This document shows positions 58,481 through 64,000 of a stretch of 64,000 bases of DNA, piece after piece. The stretch's first letter is position 1. Each line of letters starts with the position of its first letter. A model generated the notes under the pieces. That model was given only the letters and a program-made list of their open reading frames with translations. It was not told the origin of the DNA and ran no database searches. The DNA is from a virus. The stretch is from positions 1-64,000 of IMG/VR virus record IMGVR_UViG_3300034112_000721; one strand, 5' to 3'. Position numbers and translations under genes: made by a program.

Positions 58481-58514
58481 TACCAGTTGTTACAGAAACC
58501 AACAAACTGCAACT

Positions 58515-59516
58515 TTATATTTGTTCAACCATCATTTGAGCTTGTAATAACCAAGCTGCAGATGTTGCATCTTTTGTTTTAAATTTTAAACTAACTGTTT
58601 CACCAGCATTTAAAGTAATATAATAAAAGAAAGAAACATTAAATGGTAACTGACCATTTAAGAATCTAAACTCAACTGTATTACCTGCAGTAGTTAAAAC
58701 TTGATCAGGTGCAATAGAAGATCTATTTACAATATCTCCAACATTTGCACCATCCATTAATGATCCTGATAATAACGGTCTTCCAAAATTTTGATAAACT
58801 GGTGTATCAATAAAACCAACAGTTTTTATAATTGCTCCATCAACCCAGTTTGCAATATTAGAACTATTTGCTGATGTTGGTAATGTAACTGTATCATATG
58901 ATACCCATACTTTATAATTCTTAGCTGCACCTCCAGGATTAGTATATGATAATGCAGAATAATTTACATTTGGAAAACTATATATACTTGGTGTTGCACC
59001 AGCATTAAGATTTACTGTTTGTACATTATCATCATAGAAAAATTCTTTTGCTGTCGCATTTACAGTATATGTAGTTGTGTTACCTACTGTAGATGAAGTA
59101 ATATTAATTCCTGTTCCTGATTCAAGTTGTACAACTGGCAATTGTGTTGGATCAAAACAAATTGTATATGTAGTTACTCCTGTTACTGGGTTAGTGACTG
59201 AAGTTATATCTAAATAATCATTTGTATTACATACCTCTACAACAGATCCTAAGTCTGGGCCAGTAATATACTCACAGAAAAAACTAATAATTGCATTAAT
59301 AGCATCTGCTAAATTTGTATTAGTATCAACAACAACTTGTTGTATACATTCAATTGGTAATCCACTATATACAACACATTCTGCATCAAATACCTCAGAA
59401 CATGCAATTGGATTAGGACATCCTGCTGGAGTAGGACATGGTGCAGGTGAAATTAATCCATTATCTGAACATCCACATTTTTTACATCCACAAGAAGTAC
59501 AAGTATTATGAGCCAT
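58515..59516 (-). CDS. Cys-rich tail fibre/spike-like structural protein (333 aa)
   Basis: Cys-rich N-terminus, a CVVYSG..I.C module, TGINIT...TTYTV fibre motif and a beta-rich C-terminal domain. Confidence 0.55.
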   Translation of the reverse strand: MAHNTCTSCGCKKCGCSDNGLISPAPCPTPAGCPNPIACSEVFDAECVVYSGLPIECIQQVVVDTNTNLADAINAIISFFCEYITGPDLGSVVEVCNTNDYLDITSVTNPVTGVTTYTICFDPTQLPVVQLESGTGINITSSTVGNTTTYTVNATAKEFFYDDNVQTVNLNAGATPSIYSFPNVNYSALSYTNPGGAAKNYKVWVSYDTVTLPTSANSSNIANWVDGAIIKTVGFIDTPVYQNFGRPLLSGSLMDGANVGDIVNRSSIAPDQVLTTAGNTVEFRFLNGQLPFNVSFFYYITLNAGETVSLKFKTKDATSAAWLLQAQMMVEQI

Positions 59517-59527
59517 AGTTTAAATTA

Positions 59528-61207
59528 TTAAGGACAAACAATTGGTGTTGGTATATCTGTAGTACATGGATTAATATAAGCAATCAAACCATCAAGTTGA
59601 AAAATAAATCCTCCAAGATTTGTTTCATCATTTGCGTTACAGCTAAACTGATATCTTAGATTTGCATTATATTCCATGTTAAGAGGAATGGTTCCCGCAG
59701 CAGCATTACTGTTTACATTAGTATTTATATTATCAAACTTTGGAACATAATCTCCAAGACGAACATGTGAAATAATATAGTTTAAATGTGAAGTATCATA
59801 AGCAGCTGTTCCAGAAAAAATGTTTTGTTCTGCATTTTTAACTAATGCAAAGCTTAAAGTTTTATTACTTGAAATAGATAAGAATCCAACAGTTGTTAAA
59901 ATTGTACTTGTATCAGGAGCATTGTCAATCTGAGTTCTTCTATATCCTGTAGAAAATTCTTTAGTATAATTATCATCTAATAATTCTGCAACTCCCATTA
60001 CTGTAGATGGAATAACTACATTACCTTGATTAAATGTAATTAATCCAGAACCACTTGTAATAACAGACCCTGGTCCAACAGATGCAGGAGTAACAGTAGT
60101 TGATAAATAATAAGTATCAATTGGTGGAACATTTTGATATTGCCATAACAATGGTGCACCTGTTCCATCATCAATAGGTATCATTACTTGACCTTTAAAA
60201 TGCAATACATTACCAATTCTTCTTACTCTTGGTCTTAATGCATCTGTATCAGATCCAGTATAGAAACTAAAACCATCTAGGTCTACCCAACCTGTATCAA
60301 GAATCTTTGATGATACAGTATAAGCAGGTCCACCAGTTACTGTTGTAGCTATTGTGTTTGTAGTAGCTCCTGTAACTGTTACTGTTGTACCATTGTATAT
60401 ATCACATAATACAATCCATAAATTATTAATCACAGAAGCGATTGTACTTGCTGGTTGTATCCAAGTAGGATATTGTGCAGCATATGTAGCAGCAGGATTT
60501 ACTTTTGTAAAATCTGTACCCGCAATACACTGAGCAGTTACTGCACTTAGTAAAGATGCAGTTGATCCAGTTGCAGCATAGAATCCACACCAAACATCAT
60601 TTATAAACTCTTCTAGCACTACATCTATTCCATATGAGTTTCCAGAAATAAGTGAATTAATAGGACAGTTTATTGTAAATGATGGTAATGTAAATACAGG
60701 TGCAGGAGTTGTTTCTAGTGTAGTTACTCTAACATCTAGATCATTAATCTGTAAATTAATTGTGCTTATTTGTGTAATAAGATCACAAATTTTAGTACCC
60801 ATTGCCTGGGCATATTCTGCAACAGACATTACAGTTGTTGAACCTATAACAAAACATGGTGCTACAGTAACTAAAGTATCTGCTGTTGTTGTTCTTACAG
60901 TTGCGGATGGAGTTGCTACTGCAGTTGTTTGAGCAGTTTGCAGTGCACAAATCTTTTCAATTAAAAATTGAATTAATTCTTGAAAATTATTTGGTGCACA
61001 GCTTGAAAGATTAAAACAAGATAAATCATATCCATTAACATCTAGTAGGTCTAATACATTACAAAGCTCAGTTGCAAGCTTATGAATTACATTAGATACA
61101 GTGTCTCCAGTACATAATTTTATACAAGGAATATCTGGACCTTGCCATATCACACAGTTACTTGATATTGGACTACAAGGGCTATTATCTAAATTTAGAG
61201 GTTTCAT
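59528..61207 (-). CDS. Tail fibre-like protein (559 aa)
   Basis: Repeated Cys-helix-Cys modules, a short coiled coil, and DTGWVDL...RVRRIGNVLHFKG typical of fibre tip domains. Confidence 0.6.
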   Translation of the reverse strand: MKPLNLDNSPCSPISSNCVIWQGPDIPCIKLCTGDTVSNVIHKLATELCNVLDLLDVNGYDLSCFNLSSCAPNNFQELIQFLIEKICALQTAQTTAVATPSATVRTTTADTLVTVAPCFVIGSTTVMSVAEYAQAMGTKICDLITQISTINLQINDLDVRVTTLETTPAPVFTLPSFTINCPINSLISGNSYGIDVVLEEFINDVWCGFYAATGSTASLLSAVTAQCIAGTDFTKVNPAATYAAQYPTWIQPASTIASVINNLWIVLCDIYNGTTVTVTGATTNTIATTVTGGPAYTVSSKILDTGWVDLDGFSFYTGSDTDALRPRVRRIGNVLHFKGQVMIPIDDGTGAPLLWQYQNVPPIDTYYLSTTVTPASVGPGSVITSGSGLITFNQGNVVIPSTVMGVAELLDDNYTKEFSTGYRRTQIDNAPDTSTILTTVGFLSISSNKTLSFALVKNAEQNIFSGTAAYDTSHLNYIISHVRLGDYVPKFDNINTNVNSNAAAGTIPLNMEYNANLRYQFSCNANDETNLGGFIFQLDGLIAYINPCTTDIPTPIVCP

Positions 61208-61213
61208 ATCTAT

Positions 61214-61223
61214 AATATACTAA
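61214..61223 (-). promoter_or_regulatory. Putative late promoter core (copy 4)
   Basis: AATATACTAA occupies the 19-bp intergenic gap, 7 bp before the ATG. Confidence 0.5.
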
Positions 61224-61226
61224 TTA

Positions 61227-63092
61227 TTATTGAGAATTACAAGTGGTTGTTGGTGTCCCACAATTACATGGAGCATAACCACAAGATGGAGTACTTGGGC
61301 AACATGGATTAATAGAAGTACATATATAATTTGGATCTCTCAAAGCATCCAAATCTATAAGTTCTTTTTTAATTAACCATTTATCTGTATCTTCTGGACA
61401 ACAGTCAGATATTCCATATCTTAAGTATAATACTTGTTTGTAATATACTTCTGCTGATTTGCAAGATATTTTCTCATATTTTTCAATGGTACATGCCGGT
61501 GTGTTATATCCTGGTTGAACACTTCTTCTTGGATAAATAACTGGTGGACAAGACCAAATATCTTGTTGTGTATCTTCTGTACAATCACCATAAGTTTCTA
61601 TGTAGTCTGTTTCAGGATAATAAACATCCCAAACTCTCATACAGAATTTTTCAGACTGCGCTCCTGCAGCAAGTGTAAATGTTTGTACTATTAAATTACA
61701 ATCAAAATAACTATATGTTTTAGATGTAGTACTATCATTTCTTACAGTAGTACAAACACAAGGATATGTTAATAAACACTCAGTGCAGTTTGTATATTCT
61801 ATTTCTGGAAATACTATACCGGCATTTGTAGGATCATTAGTTTGTTGTACAGTCCAACATGTTTCTGGACAATACTTTATTTTGATAACTGATCCTATAT
61901 ATTGACTTAGATCTGTATATGTTATAATTGGATCTTTAAATCCTGTACAGTCAAAAAGCTTGTAATACTCTCTTGCACATGCAATGCAATCTGTGTAAGC
62001 TGCAGTAACTGTAACTATTGTATCAGAGGGTATATCTTGTATCTCTTCTATATACCAACATCCTGGACAATCCCCTCTAAGAATTACTTGACCTACAAAA
62101 GGACTTAAGTCTGAACTTGTGTAAACTATTGTGTTTGGATCATCACAATTTGTGAGCTTATACTTACTTGGATTTTTACAAGTAGGACAATCATCATATG
62201 CTTGAACTACAACTACATCTATTGCACAATCACAATTTGCAGTTGAATTAACTATCCAACATGTATCTGGATAATTTTCAATTTTTACTATTTGGCCAAG
62301 TATTGCATATAATCCTAGTGATAGTTTATTAGTAACAATAGGATCTTGAATACCATCACAGTCTACTAGTTCATAACACTCATCTGGGCAATTACCATTT
62401 ACACATGGTCCTATATTCACAATATTAATTGGACTAGGAAATTCATTACCAATTACTGCAGGATATGTAGAGGAACATGATATTTGCTCAAGTGTTCCAG
62501 TAAGTGGTCCAGTATTTTGAACATTACCATCACAGTCTATATATAAACAATCCTTAGAATTTGCAATTATATTATAACAATTACATGGACATTCACAGTC
62601 TTCTACATACGATAATGTTTCTGTTGTTGAATTACAGAATAAACTTGCATTAGGTGATAAAGCTACCTGATAACATGTTGCTGGTAAATCTGTTCCTTGA
62701 AGTACTACTGACTGTCCAACATAGGCTGATAAATCTTGTGTGGTAGTAAATGGTGGTATTGAACCATCACATGAAACTAATAAATAACAAGGATCACATT
62801 CTGCACACTCTCCAAACAATACAGAACAATCTGTATATCCAGGACCAGTTGTTGACATCCAATTACTACCTATATTTGGATATGCAGATCCGTCTCCTAC
62901 AACTTGAGTAAATAAATAACACTGGCCAGATATTAAACCATAGTAATCTCCATGAATTCCTGATGCATCATAGACTAGTTGCTGTGGAAAAGTAAAACCA
63001 TAAATTGGTGAATTATTTGCAATTGGAGGTTGAAAATATAATATTTCACCTGTGCAACATGATTCAAGTCTATAATAGTAAGGAGCAGACAT
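61227..63092 (-). CDS. Cys-rich repeat structural protein (621 aa)
   Basis: About 5 repeats of Y.L..C.....I.T..DLS.(Y/F)(V/I)G.V......P..CW.V......C..C. Confidence 0.7.
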   Translation of the reverse strand: MSAPYYYRLESCCTGEILYFQPPIANNSPIYGFTFPQQLVYDASGIHGDYYGLISGQCYLFTQVVGDGSAYPNIGSNWMSTTGPGYTDCSVLFGECAECDPCYLLVSCDGSIPPFTTTQDLSAYVGQSVVLQGTDLPATCYQVALSPNASLFCNSTTETLSYVEDCECPCNCYNIIANSKDCLYIDCDGNVQNTGPLTGTLEQISCSSTYPAVIGNEFPSPINIVNIGPCVNGNCPDECYELVDCDGIQDPIVTNKLSLGLYAILGQIVKIENYPDTCWIVNSTANCDCAIDVVVVQAYDDCPTCKNPSKYKLTNCDDPNTIVYTSSDLSPFVGQVILRGDCPGCWYIEEIQDIPSDTIVTVTAAYTDCIACAREYYKLFDCTGFKDPIITYTDLSQYIGSVIKIKYCPETCWTVQQTNDPTNAGIVFPEIEYTNCTECLLTYPCVCTTVRNDSTTSKTYSYFDCNLIVQTFTLAAGAQSEKFCMRVWDVYYPETDYIETYGDCTEDTQQDIWSCPPVIYPRRSVQPGYNTPACTIEKYEKISCKSAEVYYKQVLYLRYGISDCCPEDTDKWLIKKELIDLDALRDPNYICTSINPCCPSTPSCGYAPCNCGTPTTTCNSQ

Positions 63093-63250
63093 TACTTAGT
63101 GTATTTTTGTAGATCTTGTTTATTTTTACCTAATTTAAGTTGTGCTTCATATTTTCCAATACAATTAGAACACACCTGTTGTCCGTTTGATGCTTTTCTT
63201 CTCTGACATCCACAAGACAATTTTGTTTTACAATTTGCACATACTGACAT
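63092..63250 (-). CDS. Small Zn-finger-like protein (52 aa, not in the supplied ORF track)
   Basis: Reads MSVCANCKTKLSCGCQRRKASNGQQVCSNCIGKYEAQLKLGKNKQDLQKYTK*. It fills the gap and its stop overlaps the next ATG (TAATG). Confidence 0.8.
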   Translation of the reverse strand: MSVCANCKTKLSCGCQRRKASNGQQVCSNCIGKYEAQLKLGKNKQDLQKYTK

Positions 63251-63270
63251 ATTATTGGTTTTTAGTTAGT

Positions 63271-63831
63271 TTAACAATTTGTACAAGACAATTTATTTAA
63301 AAGCTTTAAAGCATAGTTGTATAAAGCCATTCCTTTCTGTGGCTCATGACAAAACTCTACTTTAGATTTTGCAGCTTGAAGATACATAAATATTAATCTA
63401 AGCTCCTCTAGCTTCTGTTGTATTTTAAATGGTGGTTCACATGCTGCTACATCAACATCACAAAGTATTTTGTAATATTTATTTAGGGCATGTGTTACCC
63501 TTAAATGATTATATTCTACATAAACTGTTTCATTAGGTGAAACACTATATTTTATAATATAAATACCATCTGGTAAATTATAATATGAAGTTCCACAGTC
63601 TACAGTTTGTAGTTGTAAATCACAAGCAGTTATGGTAGCAGATCCTGTAGTATAAAAATTTGTAGCATCTATTTGATTAGAATATCCAAATCCTGGAACA
63701 GTAATGTTCAAGGTAGGACATACTACAGGTATTGCAGGATTTGCTGTTTGATACACACTTGTGTCAAGTAATTTAAGAACACATTCATTCATTACTTGAG
63801 GCACCTCTAAACTTAATACATGATTTGCCAT
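63271..63831 (-). CDS. Virion structural protein (186 aa)
   Basis: L.DTSVY and LPDGIYIIKYSVSP motifs. It directly follows the probable capsid gene. Confidence 0.6.
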   Translation of the reverse strand: MANHVLSLEVPQVMNECVLKLLDTSVYQTANPAIPVVCPTLNITVPGFGYSNQIDATNFYTTGSATITACDLQLQTVDCGTSYYNLPDGIYIIKYSVSPNETVYVEYNHLRVTHALNKYYKILCDVDVAACEPPFKIQQKLEELRLIFMYLQAAKSKVEFCHEPQKGMALYNYALKLLNKLSCTNC

Positions 63832-63844
63832 AACTATGTTTTAT

Positions 63845-63880
63845 AAAAAAGGGAGAGGAGTATAAACTCTCTCTCCCCTT
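63845..63880 (-). terminator. Rho-independent terminator
   Basis: Imperfect GGGAGAG(A)GAG/CTCCTCTCCC stem followed on the minus strand by T6. Confidence 0.75.
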
Positions 63881-63903
63881 ATATATTTATTAACGTTTAA
63901 CTA

Positions 63904-64000
63904 TTAGATTCCACACTGAGCTGGAAGAGCTGGAAACTCAATAGCTGAGCATGTAGACTCACAACTAAATGTTTCAATCTCACAAACTCCACAGTTATTT
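63904..64000 (-). CDS. 3' end of upstream structural gene, possibly the major capsid protein (truncated by the window)
   Basis: Open frame ...NNCGVCEIETFSCESTCSAIEFPALPAQCGI followed by TAA TAG and a terminator. The capsid identity is inferred only from gene order. Confidence 0.4.
   Translation of the reverse strand, partial: NNCGVCEIETFSCESTCSAIEFPALPAQCGI

Noticed and set aside
58515-63092. Diversity-generating retroelement targeting the fibre genes
   Set aside because: No reverse transcriptase and no TR/VR repeat pair visible in this window.
1-64000. Stop-codon reassignment as in some crAss-like phages
   Set aside because: Very long ORFs are intact and tightly packed under the standard code, with no fragmentation.

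Overview
AT-rich segment of a lytic crAss-like (Crassvirales-related, probably Bacteroidota-infecting) podophage genome in the standard genetic code, organised as two convergent arms that meet at a bidirectional terminator (~11294-11325). The + arm (1-11311) is a replication and host-takeover module: TOPRIM primase end, GIY-YIG-like protein, DUF6878/DUF6915-like pair, vWA-metallopeptidase plus MoxR AAA ATPase, PD-(D/E)XK exonuclease, family B DNA polymerase ending in QLSLF, DUF932-like protein and MazG-like pyrophosphatase. The - arm (11324-64000) is the virion module: probable capsid gene end, Cys-rich outer and tail proteins, ring and muzzle proteins, then six or seven large internal (ejected) proteins including a 4143-aa virion RNA polymerase (DFDVD). 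Main finding: the last three giant ejected proteins (~8100 aa in total) contain, by my reading, only four cysteines, placed exactly at the facing termini (A-Cys / Cys-B-Cys / Cys-C). This suggests a head-to-tail disulfide or metal 'daisy chain' for ordered packaging or ejection. Other candidates are repeated xxxGG tags punctuating three cargo polyproteins, linker-bounded swappable enzyme cassettes, a bipartite late promoter/operator, and a 3'-UTR hairpin whose loop is antisense to several translation-start regions. All family assignments come from motif recognition, not database searches.
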